64,000 nt of DNA from an uncultured Oscillospiraceae bacterium (GCA_949292425.1 CASEZK010000058.1:5-64004), one strand, 5' to 3'; shown: positions 49,406-59,397, counted from the first letter of the stretch. Program-made: numbers and translations. Notes: generated by a model not told the origin, from the letters alone.

Positions 49406-49904
49406 CGCCTTTTAGTGATATAATGATGAAGTTTCAAATTGCCGAAATAAATGAGGCAAATAGTCAAAGCGAAAAATAAATTTAGTAAATAAAATGAAGG
49501 TACGTAGAAAGCGTATAAAATAACGATGCGATAAGATAGATCGTTTTTTCTCAATGAGTTTTCGTGAGTTAGCGAAAATGAGAGAATAAAATTTATAGAA
49601 AAAAATAGAGAATGACCTGAACGAGAGTAAAGTGGCATTTTATTGTAAATTGCTCAAGATAAAGTCGATAAGAGTTTTATGCATTCAAAAAATAGGTCGT
49701 GGAAATATATCAACGCTATGGTGCTATGATTGCTATTAGCAGAGAAGAATGGCACGATGCCTATGTATAAGTTCAAACGCTTCAAGCTTTGAAAATAAGG
49801 TAAATAAGGTGTGATAAAATTCCGAGCGAAGGGACACAATTTACTAAAAAATAGGACTTACTAAGAATGAAGTGTGGAGGTGCCCTAAAAGTTAGGCTTC
49901 CATT

Positions 49905-49937
49905 GTGTAACAGATTTTTATATGTTACACATTTTTT
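49905..49937 (+). terminator. orphan intrinsic terminator about 500 nt downstream of the nearest + strand gene
   Basis: Perfect 8-bp stem gtgtaaca/tgttacac followed by TTTTTT. Confidence 0.5.
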
Positions 49938-50341
49938 ATGCAGCCAAGAAGCGAAGCCTGTATTGCACAGGGCTCAACCATGCTGGTTTCACTTTTGTTC
50001 GTTTTAATATTTTATATATCGTTCAATTTCAGATTTTAATTCTTCATAGCTATAATAAAAAATCTACTACAATATTATTTATGATTAATATACCTTGCAA
50101 CCAGTGAGGAATTATCTATCTTGTTGTTTAAGCTATATAATGAAGGAGCAATCGGTATGTCGCTTTATTTTCTTAGGCTTCGTATCTGTGAACAAGACTG
50201 CTAACCAGTTGCTCATTCTAAGCGTTCGTTCTATGCAGATTGAATCACCTTAGGCGCATTCACGTCACGCCACGGTGGATAGAATAGGCAGTGAGTGAAG
50301 CTGGAATTTATCAATTGCATATCCTAAAGAGTGACAGATTT

Positions 50342-50590
50342 ATGAACGCAGTAGGCATCGATGTTTCTAAAGGAAAAAGTATGGTTGCTATTCCTCAGAC
50401 AATATGGCGGTTGTTTCTAGCCTTAATGTCAAGCATGCTGTCAGCAACCCTGATTTACTTGTAGAACTTATAAAATCAATTGAGTAGAAATCACGCATTG
50501 TTATGAATCACATTGGACGTTATTACGAATCAATTATCCGTAAGCTTACGCAAGCTGATCTTTTTGTGTTAGTGCTGTTAACACACTAAT
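50342..50590 (+). pseudogene. IS110-family recombinase N-terminal relic (frameshift + stop, 3' two-thirds missing)
   Basis: MNAVGIDVSKGKSMVAI..., then, shifted in frame, ...RIVMNHIGRYYESIIRKLTQADLFV. Confidence 0.65.
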
Positions 50591-50818
50591 TGTTTATTGT
50601 ATTCTTGCTTTTTAACGGTTTACTCTTGCTCATCAGCAAAGCACATTAAATTTACTGGTGATGTTATTAGCATCGCTAGTGCTAACATTGTCGAAATTGT
50701 TTTTTCATTATAAATTACCTCTTAAATTATTTTATGCATATACCGAACAAATGAATTTTTGTCAATCATATCGTCGAATATTTTTATAGAGAATATCTGC
50801 TAGTACACTCTTGCATAT

Positions 50819-51376
50819 CTAATACCTTAGTATTCTTTTATGGATAAATAAAGCTAAAGTTCCGCACAATAGCCCTTTCAGCAAGTTTAAAAGCAATACT
50901 GCACACAAAAACTGAATAAGCAAATTGTTATTACAAATTAAAATTTCATTATACGGCACGGCTGCTATTTTTGAATATAAAGGTATCAATACAAAATAAT
51001 TGAGTACTAGAGAAAAAATACATAAATTAAAAATTCCTGTTCCTATTCCCTTGATCGCTCCTCGTAGCGTCCTATTACGCTTACATATAAAAATAGGCAT
51101 AACAAAAGAAAAACTTAGTAACATATCCGCTAAATTTCCGATAAAAAAAGTTGACGTGCCTTTCACTAGCATCACCAACACAGTTCGTATAAATATTATC
51201 AAACTAGCGGCGAAAGGTCCCAAAACAAGTCCTCCGACTATAACTATCGAATCGCTCAAATTCACTTTATAAAAACTTGGTAGTGGAGGAACCGGAAAAG
51301 AAAACAACGCTAAAACTGTCGCAATAGCAGAAAATATTGCTATTCTAGAAATATATAATATTTTATTGTGCAGCAA
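50819..51376 (-). CDS. ECF-transporter S (substrate-binding) component, substrate unknown
   Basis: 185 aa with about 6 TM segments. The RIAIFSAIATVL...F.VNLSDSIVIVGGLVLGP pattern is typical of S components. Confidence 0.6.
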   Translation of the reverse strand: MLHNKILYISRIAIFSAIATVLALFSFPVPPLPSFYKVNLSDSIVIVGGLVLGPFAASLIIFIRTVLVMLVKGTSTFFIGNLADMLLSFSFVMPIFICKRNRTLRGAIKGIGTGIFNLCIFSLVLNYFVLIPLYSKIAAVPYNEILICNNNLLIQFLCAVLLLNLLKGLLCGTLALFIHKRILRY

Positions 51377-51488
51377 AGGAAAACCTCCTTATCAAATTTT
51401 ATTGATTATATTTTTAAAATATTGTATAATAAATTTTATATAATGAGAATTATTTATTGATTTTACATCTAAAGAAAAGGTGATTTAC

Positions 51489-53012
51489 ATGTTCGCTAAA
51501 ATAAAAAGTCTTGGACTTTTAGGTCTAGACGCTTTTATAGTAGATGTAGAGGCTTCTATAGACAGAGGAATTCCAGCTTTCGACATTGTGGGCTTGCCAG
51601 ATGCAGCCGTTAGAGAATCTCGAAATAGAGTAAGGTCAACTATAAAAAATGTCGGCTTAGATTTTCCTGTAAGCAAAATAACCATAAACTTGGCTCCTGC
51701 AGACATAAAAAAAGAAGGCGCAATCTATGATCTACCAATTTTAATCGCAATCATGGCAGCTTCAGGGCAACTAAATGTGAACTTAGATAGTTGTGTTTTT
51801 CTAGGTGAACTTTCTTTAAACGGCGCAGTTAAGCCTATAAAAGGTACTCTTGCTATGCTTTCTAAAGCCAAAGACCTGGGTATAAACACAGCTTTTATCC
51901 CAAAAGAAAACGAAGCAGAAGGCGCAGTTATCAACTGTATAAATACTTACCCTACAGACAATATAGAAAATTTAATTTTGCATTTGATGGGAGAAAAGAA
52001 ACTTCCTCGTGCTAAATTAAATAATACCACAAAAACTGAAAATTTTGAACATATAGATTTTTCACAAGTCAAAGGACAATTTCAAGCCAAAAGAGCTCTA
52101 GAAATTGCCGCTGCAGGAGGACATAATGTGTTATTAATAGGCCCTCCCGGTTCAGGAAAAAGCATGTTAGCAAAAAGGTTACCCTCCATTTTGCCCGACA
52201 TGACTTTTGAAGAATCTATAGAAACAAGTAAAATATATTCTATAGCAGGTCTGTTGCCTCTAGGTACCAGTCTTTTAAAAAAACGCCCATTCAGATCTGT
52301 ACATCATACTATATCACCTGCTGGTCTTGCTGGAGGAGGCAGTATACCTAAGCCCGGAGAGATTTCATTAGCTCACAATGGGTTTTTATTTTTATATGAG
52401 TTACCTGAGTTTGCAAGAGCCTCAATGGAAGTTCTCAGACAGCCAGTAGAAGACCGCAAAGTTACAATATCGCGCGTGAATGGTACCTTGAGCTACCCCT
52501 GTTCTATTATGTTAATCGCAGCAATGAATCCATGTCCTTGCGGGTACTACGGTCACCCTACGAAAAAATGCATTTGCAGTAAAAATCTGGTAAAGAAATA
52601 CCTTTCTAAAGTCTCGGGGCCTCTTTTAGATAGGATAGATATACAGGTTGAAGTAGCACCTGTTGACTTTGAAAAGCTTAGTACATATCAAAGTAAGGAA
52701 AGCTCTGAAAGTATAAAAGAGCGTGTAAATAAAGCAAGAATCATTCAAGCAAGTCGTTACAAAAGCAGCAATGCCACATGCAATGCACTGATAACGCCGG
52801 ATATGCTCGAAAAGCATTGCCAGCTTTCAGACAATGCTAGGGCTTTATTCAAAAAAGCTTTTGAAAATTTAAACTTATCCGCCAGAGCATATGACAGGAT
52901 ATTAAAAGTTTCAAGAACTATAGCAGATTTAGCCTGCAGCGAAATTATAAAATCCTCGCACGTTGCTGAAGCTGTACAATACAGAAACTTAGACCAAAAA
53001 TACTGGAATTAA
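51489..53012 (+). CDS. comM: YifB/ComM family Mg-chelatase-like ATPase
   Basis: Sequence MFAKIKSLGLLGLD..., Walker A GPPGSGKS, and the C4 cluster NPCPCGYYGH...C.C. Confidence 0.9.
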   Translation: MFAKIKSLGLLGLDAFIVDVEASIDRGIPAFDIVGLPDAAVRESRNRVRSTIKNVGLDFPVSKITINLAPADIKKEGAIYDLPILIAIMAASGQLNVNLDSCVFLGELSLNGAVKPIKGTLAMLSKAKDLGINTAFIPKENEAEGAVINCINTYPTDNIENLILHLMGEKKLPRAKLNNTTKTENFEHIDFSQVKGQFQAKRALEIAAAGGHNVLLIGPPGSGKSMLAKRLPSILPDMTFEESIETSKIYSIAGLLPLGTSLLKKRPFRSVHHTISPAGLAGGGSIPKPGEISLAHNGFLFLYELPEFARASMEVLRQPVEDRKVTISRVNGTLSYPCSIMLIAAMNPCPCGYYGHPTKKCICSKNLVKKYLSKVSGPLLDRIDIQVEVAPVDFEKLSTYQSKESSESIKERVNKARIIQASRYKSSNATCNALITPDMLEKHCQLSDNARALFKKAFENLNLSARAYDRILKVSRTIADLACSEIIKSSHVAEAVQYRNLDQKYWN

Positions 53013-53078
53013 CTTATCACTTATAAAAGTTTCGTGGATTGTAAATAGTGAGTTTTTATTTTATAATTATTGTAAAAA

Positions 53079-53939
53079 ATGAAAAGAGGATTTATATTGA
53101 AGTTAAATTTTACAAAAATGCACGGTTGCGGCAACGATTACATTTATTTTGATTGCATTCAAGGTCCTGAAATTGAAGACCCGGGAAAGCTAAGTCTGAA
53201 GCTGTCTGATAGAAGATACGGTGTAGGATCAGATGGAGTGATTTTAATATGTAGATCCGACATTGCAGATGCTAAGATGCGCATGTTTAACGCAGACTCT
53301 AGTGAAGGTAAAATGTGTGGAAATGGCATTAGATGCGTAGGTAAATATCTTTTTGACAACCACTTGGTGGAAAGTGAAACTATAAAAATTGAAACGTTAA
53401 GTGGCATAAAAACGCTTTACGTAAATTCTGAGAACGGAAAAGCAAACTCTATAACGGTAGATATGGGTAGAGCTGTATTTTTACCGAAGCTCATACCTGT
53501 TTCGATAAATGAAAAAAAGATTATAAATTACCCTTTCAATATAGATGGTACGGAATACAGAATCAATTGTGTATCTATGGGGAATCCTCATTGTGCTGTG
53601 TTTTGTGATGATATAGAATCTTTAGATATAGAAAATTTAGGACCTACTTTTGAAAATGCAAAAATATTTCCTGAAAAAGTTAATACTGAATTTATAAAAG
53701 TTATAGATAGAAAAACACTTCGTATGAGAGTATTTGAACGTGGAAGTGGAGAAACTTTTGCATGCGGCACGGGAGCGTGTGCCGCGGTTGTTGTGGCAGT
53801 GGAAAATGGATTTTGCGATAAAAATGAAGATGTTTTGGTTCACCTCAAAGGTGGAGATTTAGTGGTAAAGTATACAGATGAAACTGTATTTATGACTGGC
53901 TCTGCGGAGGTTGTTTTTTATGGAGAGGTGGAAGTTTAA
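53079..53939 (+). CDS. dapF: diaminopimelate epimerase (in-frame TTG at 53097 with RBS is an alternative start)
   Basis: Contains FTKMHGCGNDYIYFD, SMGNPHCAVF and FACGTGACA. Confidence 0.9.
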   Translation: MKRGFILKLNFTKMHGCGNDYIYFDCIQGPEIEDPGKLSLKLSDRRYGVGSDGVILICRSDIADAKMRMFNADSSEGKMCGNGIRCVGKYLFDNHLVESETIKIETLSGIKTLYVNSENGKANSITVDMGRAVFLPKLIPVSINEKKIINYPFNIDGTEYRINCVSMGNPHCAVFCDDIESLDIENLGPTFENAKIFPEKVNTEFIKVIDRKTLRMRVFERGSGETFACGTGACAAVVVAVENGFCDKNEDVLVHLKGGDLVVKYTDETVFMTGSAEVVFYGEVEV

Positions 53940-53956
53940 GAGTATTCAAGCATGTT

Positions 53957-54054
53957 GGCTAAGCGCGCCGCGCGCCAATGGAATAATTTATTATTTCATT
54001 GATTCAAGAGAAAATTTCTCTTGAATCGAGCCCACTGCGTGGGCGCGCGCGGCT
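53957..54054. repeat. GC-rich nested palindrome (outer GCCGCGCGCC / GGCGCGCGCGGC arms, inner 11-bp attcaagaga hairpin)
   Basis: Read directly from the sequence. About 70 percent GC arms inside an AT-rich spacer. Confidence 0.6.
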
Positions 54055-54123
54055 TTATATGAAACTTGATAAAAAAATACAAAAAGGGGAGACAATAGGA
54101 AATTTTATTTTCCTAAAAACATT

Positions 54124-55305
54124 ATGAATATAAATAAAAACCATTTAAATTTAATTGAGAGTTATCTCTTTTCCGATGTGGCAAAAAAAGTGAAAGCTTT
54201 TACAGAAAAAAACAAAGACAAAAAAGTAATAAAACTTGGTATAGGTGATGTTACTTTGCCGCTTTGTAGCACTGTAGTAAAAGCAATGCAAAAAGCTGTT
54301 TTAGAAATGGGACGTAAGGAAACGTTTAGGGGTTACGGGCCAGAAGAAGGTTATGAATTTTTAAGAGAAAAAATACAAGAGCATTATTTGCAAAAAGGTG
54401 TGAGTCTAAGTTTAGATGAAATCTTTGTAAACGATGGAGCCAAGTGTGATTTAGGTAATATTCTGGAGCTTTTTTCAAGTGATAACACTGTGCTTATTCC
54501 GGACCCGGTTTATCCTGCATACGTGGATACAAACGTTATGGATGGCCGAAGGATAAAATATATAGATGCAACACAAGAGAATGATTTTTTACCGCTTCCG
54601 AATGAAAAAGATAAAGCGGACATTATATATTTATGCTCACCAAATAATCCTACAGGTGCCGTGTATAGCTACGATCAGCTGAAAAAATGGGTAGACTTTG
54701 CGCTTAACTGTAATGCTGTCATACTTTTTGATTCAGCCTATGGTTATTTTATAAAAGATAGCGACTTACCAAGCAGCATATTTGAAGTTGAAGGGGCCGA
54801 CAAGTGTGCAATAGAAATATGCTCATTCTCTAAATCAGCTGGATTTACAGGTACCAGGTGTGGGTACACAATAATATCGAATTGCCTGGAGTTTGATGGT
54901 CAAAGCATAAATAAAATGTGGCGCCGCAGGCTAGCTGCAAAGTTTAACGGAGTTTCGTATATCGTCCAAAGAGGAGCTGCCGCTATATTTACCGAAAAGG
55001 GTCAGTCTGAAATTTTTGACAACATAAACTATTACCGAGAAAATGCTAAATTTATAGCAAATGCTTTAAAAGACATGGACATTTACTTTACTGGGGGAGA
55101 AAATTCTCCGTATATATGGCTGAAATGTCCCAACAAAATGACATCTTGGCAATTTTTTGATTATCTATTAAATGAAGCTAATATAGTCGGAACGCCTGGA
55201 AGTGGTTTTGGCGAGAAAGGAGAAGGATTTTTAAGGTTGACAGCTTTTGGTGATCGTGAAAATACCAAAGAAGCTGTGGAAAGACTTAAAAAACTACATT
55301 TTTAA
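54124..55305 (+). CDS. dapL: LL-diaminopimelate aminotransferase
   Basis: Contains LIESYLFSDVAKKV...KLGIGDVTLPL and SFSKSAGFTGTRCGY (PLP lysine). Confidence 0.85.
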   Translation: MNINKNHLNLIESYLFSDVAKKVKAFTEKNKDKKVIKLGIGDVTLPLCSTVVKAMQKAVLEMGRKETFRGYGPEEGYEFLREKIQEHYLQKGVSLSLDEIFVNDGAKCDLGNILELFSSDNTVLIPDPVYPAYVDTNVMDGRRIKYIDATQENDFLPLPNEKDKADIIYLCSPNNPTGAVYSYDQLKKWVDFALNCNAVILFDSAYGYFIKDSDLPSSIFEVEGADKCAIEICSFSKSAGFTGTRCGYTIISNCLEFDGQSINKMWRRRLAAKFNGVSYIVQRGAAAIFTEKGQSEIFDNINYYRENAKFIANALKDMDIYFTGGENSPYIWLKCPNKMTSWQFFDYLLNEANIVGTPGSGFGEKGEGFLRLTAFGDRENTKEAVERLKKLHF

Positions 55306-55592
55306 CGTTACATTTTAAAAAATATTAATTATAATAAAAAAATATTTATACAGCAGGTGTTAAATTTTTTGAAAAAGTTAGTTGCTAAAGTATATTAACC
55401 TACGGCATGCTTACTAAGCTTTGTTCCTACAAAGTTCAAAAGCAACCGATGATGCAGGGGAAAGCCTAGAAACTGTAAGTGAAGAAAGAGACCTAAGAAA
55501 TTTTGAAGCCGTACAAGTAATAGAAACTTCGGCAGGTGAAATGCGTATTGACAAAAATGGTAGAGTCTTTATATTTAGAAAGTAAAAATAAA

Positions 55593-55626
55593 ACAGTCAT
55601 GCTTTTATGGCATGACTGTTTTATTT
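55593..55626 (+). terminator. intrinsic terminator with no intact upstream gene
   Basis: acagtcatgc/gcatgactgt 10-bp stem followed by TTTATTTAT. Confidence 0.6.
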
Positions 55627-55729
55627 ATGGACGAAGAACTTTACTAGCTTTTTTTAACAAAAACCAAAATAAGTCATACTTTGATAATAGAATCTTTCTG
55701 AAAATATAAGAGGAGGTTTTATTGAAAGT

Positions 55730-55987
55730 ATGAACTTTTTATCTTTAGATAAACTTCGCCAAGGTCAAGATGCAGAAGTTGTAGCACTACTTTCTGAGGG
55801 AAACAGCAGACGTCGTAATTTGGATTTGGGGTTAGTTTCAGGAACTAAAATTAAGATGTTATTTGAAAGCCATTGTAAAAATCCAAAGGCTTATCTTATA
55901 AGAGGTGCAGTTATTGCGCTTCGAGATGAAGATGCTGACAAAATTTTAGTTAAAGTACTAAAAGAAAAGGAGATTGCTTCCTTATGA
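55730..55987 (+). CDS. feoA: FeoA-domain ferrous iron transport protein A
   Basis: L.KLRQGQDAEVV...RRRNLDLGLVSGTKI pattern. ATGA overlap with feoB. Confidence 0.85.
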   Translation: MNFLSLDKLRQGQDAEVVALLSEGNSRRRNLDLGLVSGTKIKMLFESHCKNPKAYLIRGAVIALRDEDADKILVKVLKEKEIASL

Positions 55988-58143
55988 ACGTTTTTCAAAA
56001 AATACTTTCTAATAAAAGTGAAAAAAATAAGCTGAATTTTAAGATAGATAACTTAAAAGGCGACAAGATTATAGCACTAGCAGGTAATCCAAACGTTGGG
56101 AAAAGTACAGTTTTCAACGAACTAACTGGATTAAAACAACATACTGGCAATTGGCCGGGAAAGACCGTCTCAAATGCAAGAGGGAAATATTCATATAAAG
56201 GAAAAGATTTTATTTTGGTAGATTTGCCCGGTACATATTCTCTGCTATCAAATTCCTCTGAAGAAGAAATAGCAAGAGATTACATATGTTTCGGAAATGC
56301 TGACGCTACAGTTGTGGTAGTTGACGCAACTTGTATTGAAAGAAACTTAAATTTAGTTTTGCAAATAATTGAAATAACTCAAAATGTAATTGTGTGCGTG
56401 AACATCTTAGACGAAGCCGAAAAAAAAGGAATAGTTATAGACTTAAATGAATTGTCACTACAGCTAGGAGTACCTGTCGTCGGTATGAGTGCAAGATCAA
56501 AAAAAGGCTTAGATTCTTTCATGGAAACAGTCTATGATATCGCTTATAATAAAAGAAAAACTTACAAGGTAAAACTTGAATATCAGCCAGAAGTAGAGCA
56601 GGCTTTAAAGGAGTTAGAGCCGCTGGTGTTTGAAAAAGTAAAAAACAAAATAAATGCAAGGTGGGTAAGTGTTAAGCTTTTAGATATAGATGAAAAATTA
56701 AATTACTCACTCACAGAGTTTGTAGGTTGCAATTTGCTTGAAGATAAAAAAATATCAGAAATTTTAAATTCATTTCATGAAGCTTTGCTGCAAAAAGGTA
56801 TAGAAAAAGAAAACTTGAAAGATAGATTGGTTTCCTCTGTAGTAAAAAAAGCCGAAGATGTATACAACAAAAGTGTGCACTTGAAGAACAAAAACTACAA
56901 TGAGAGAGACCGCAAAATTGATAAATTACTTACCTCTAAGCTTACAGGAATACCTATAATGATTGCACTGTTATTTTTAATTTTTTGGCTTACTATGGTG
57001 GGGGCAAATTATCCATCCGAAGTTATTGCAAATGTTTTATTTGCACTGCAAGATAAACTGACAGAACTTTTTTCATTAATCAATGCACCGGCTTGGTTGC
57101 ATGGATTGTTGATTTTAGGCCTATATAGAACAGCGGCATGGGTCGTCTCAGTTATGCTGCCGCCTATGGCCATCTTCTTCCCGCTATTTACGTTGCTTGA
57201 AGACCTCGGGTACTTGCCACGAGTAGCGTTTAATTTAGACAACTATTTTAAAAAAGCTTGTGCTCACGGAAAACAGGCTCTCACTATGTGCATGGGATTT
57301 GGCTGTAACGCTTGCGGAGTTATAGGTTGCAGAATAATCGATTCTCCGAGAGAAAAATTAATAGCAATTATTACAAATAATTTTGTGCCTTGTAACGGAA
57401 GGTTCCCGACATTAATAGCCATAATAACTATGTTTTTTACAGGTTTAGCTGCAGGCCCATACGTGTCTTTATTTTCTACATTTTTATTGACTTGCACTAT
57501 AATACTCGGTGTTTTAACAACCCTGCTTGCTTCAAAAATTTTATCAAAAACGATATTAAAAGGCATACCTTCATCATTTGCTTTGGAACTTCCACCATAT
57601 AGAAAGCCACAAATAGGGAAGGTTATAGTTAGATCAGTTTTCGATAGAACGCTATTTGTGCTTGGCAGAGCGGTAATAGTAGCAGCACCCGCCGGATTAA
57701 TTATTTGGATTATGGCAAATGTGTATGTAGGAGAGAACAGCATTCTCTTTTATTGCTATAATTTTCTGGACCCGTTTGCAAAGCTTATCGGTTTAGATGG
57801 AGTAATACTAATGGCGTTTATCTTGGGATTTCCTGCAAATGAAATAGTTATTCCGATTATAATAATGTCATACTTATGCACCGGAAGCTTGACTGACATT
57901 TCGTCATTAAGTGATTTGCATCAATTGCTTATAAACAATGGTTGGACTTGGCTAACAGCTGTGTGCACTATGCTTTTTTCGTTGATGCATTTTCCTTGTG
58001 GGACGACGTGCTTAACCATAAAAAAAGAAACCAACAGCTTTAAATGGACTATTTTATCATTTATAATACCTACGATCGCCGGCATAGTGATGTGTTTTTT
58101 GCTTACAAACTTTGTTAATATATTTAATTTATTGCAATTTTAA
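55984..58143 (+). CDS. feoB: ferrous iron transport protein B
   Basis: G-domain IALAGNPNVGKSTVFNELTG, DLPGTYSL, and a polytopic C-terminal region. Confidence 0.93.
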   Translation: MNVFQKILSNKSEKNKLNFKIDNLKGDKIIALAGNPNVGKSTVFNELTGLKQHTGNWPGKTVSNARGKYSYKGKDFILVDLPGTYSLLSNSSEEEIARDYICFGNADATVVVVDATCIERNLNLVLQIIEITQNVIVCVNILDEAEKKGIVIDLNELSLQLGVPVVGMSARSKKGLDSFMETVYDIAYNKRKTYKVKLEYQPEVEQALKELEPLVFEKVKNKINARWVSVKLLDIDEKLNYSLTEFVGCNLLEDKKISEILNSFHEALLQKGIEKENLKDRLVSSVVKKAEDVYNKSVHLKNKNYNERDRKIDKLLTSKLTGIPIMIALLFLIFWLTMVGANYPSEVIANVLFALQDKLTELFSLINAPAWLHGLLILGLYRTAAWVVSVMLPPMAIFFPLFTLLEDLGYLPRVAFNLDNYFKKACAHGKQALTMCMGFGCNACGVIGCRIIDSPREKLIAIITNNFVPCNGRFPTLIAIITMFFTGLAAGPYVSLFSTFLLTCTIILGVLTTLLASKILSKTILKGIPSSFALELPPYRKPQIGKVIVRSVFDRTLFVLGRAVIVAAPAGLIIWIMANVYVGENSILFYCYNFLDPFAKLIGLDGVILMAFILGFPANEIVIPIIIMSYLCTGSLTDISSLSDLHQLLINNGWTWLTAVCTMLFSLMHFPCGTTCLTIKKETNSFKWTILSFIIPTIAGIVMCFLLTNFVNIFNLLQF

Positions 58144-58160
58144 AAAACAGAATATAAATG

Positions 58161-58189
58161 TTGACAAAGCATTTTAAATACTATATAAT
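58161..58189 (+). promoter_or_regulatory. perfect consensus sigma-A promoter
   Basis: TTGACA, 17-nt spacer, TATAAT. Confidence 0.65.
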
Positions 58190-58218
58190 ATAGCAAAAAC
58201 AAAAAGGAGGATAATTTT

Positions 58219-58521
58219 ATGAACTTACAAGAGTTTATGGACAAAAACCCAGAACTGATGAAAAAGGCGGCAGAGTGTAAAGATGTGCAAGAATTTGCGA
58301 AATTTGCAAAAGAAAATGGTGTAGAAATAAAACCAGAAGGACTAAAAGATGCATATGGATATGTGCGCTCTCACTACGGCAGTGGAGAGTTGAGTGAGGA
58401 TGCACTGTCTAGTGTAGCTGGAGGAAAGGGCGGATCTGAGTATGAAATACTTAATTCTTCAAACCTATACCAAAATGCTAAAAATAAGGATGAATATATT
58501 TATAAAAAATCCAAAAAATAA
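58219..58521 (+). CDS. Nif11-like leader peptide precursor (leader ends LSEDALSSVAGG; 31-aa Cys-free Lys/Asn/Tyr/Glu-rich core)
   Basis: RBS aaggagg. The helical leader has the ELSEDAL..VAGG motif typical of Nif11-type RiPP/bacteriocin precursors. Confidence 0.65.
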   Translation: MNLQEFMDKNPELMKKAAECKDVQEFAKFAKENGVEIKPEGLKDAYGYVRSHYGSGELSEDALSSVAGGKGGSEYEILNSSNLYQNAKNKDEYIYKKSKK

Positions 58522-58567
58522 TTAGCTACCCGATGTTCGGGTAAACGTCGAAGATTACACCAAAAGA

Positions 58568-58612
58568 ATCTCCCTCGTGGTACAATTTAGAGTATGACGA
58601 AGGGAGATTTTT
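58568..58612 (+). terminator. intrinsic terminator of the precursor gene
   Basis: atctccctcg...cgaagggagat stem followed by TTTTT. Confidence 0.55.
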
Positions 58613-59397
58613 ATGATTATAATAGCACAAACGGTTTATCACGTACAAAATGACTATCAGGTGACTTATAATGACGATGTTACTGAAAATTGATACTCGC
58701 TTGGATCTTGAAAGTGTATTCACTGAAAACATAAATAAACTTGCCGATAAAATTATTAGCAAGTTATACTTAAATAAGCTCCAGAACAGCATAAAAACTA
58801 AAAGCTGTTGAAGACAATGAGGTTAAAGCTTTTGAGACCTACAAAATGATATATGAACTGTGAAAATACATAATAGACTTGAGCCTCAACAATTCATACC
58901 TACATAAAAAAGCTTATATTGAGGTCAATTACAATGTGAAGTACTATAATAAAAAAGAAGAAAATCACAAAACCTTGCCAAATTAAATCGAAGTCTTTGG
59001 CACCAAATCCGAGCTAAAAATGATGCATCAATTTTACTTACAATGTCATTGTCAGCAGATAAAAAGTCTATAACTGCCTAATTTTATATTCGTATTACGG
59101 AAACATTATATCAAAAATCGACTCTGATCAAATAATAAACAAACATTCCAAAATAGCTGCAAGTGATGTAAAAAAACTGGTATAAAAAATTGTATTCAGA
59201 CATCCTTTAAGGGATGTAGATTAATTTCTAACAAAGCATACGGAATTTTGTAAAAACAACTCGGCAAACCAAAATACGAATAGATCCGGACAACATTACG
59301 ATAATTTTCCTATGGAAAGGCTTTAAAATACATTTAAAAGCCTGAGCTTTGAAACTTTATAATTCCTTATTTATATATTCTGAAAAAATTTTGAGCT

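Noticed and set aside
55421-55585. 54-codon frame ending ...EAVQVIETSAGEMRIDKNGRVFIFRK just before a strong terminator
   Set aside because: It has no ATG or RBS, only a TTG. It is probably the C-terminal remnant of a lost gene, and I cannot identify it.
58526-58792. 88-aa hydrophobic minus-strand ORF convergent on the Nif11-type peptide (tempting as an immunity protein)
   Set aside because: It overlaps the peptide gene's terminator hairpin and the decayed + strand coding text. It has no RBS, and AT-rich antisense frames commonly give hydrophobic ORFs.
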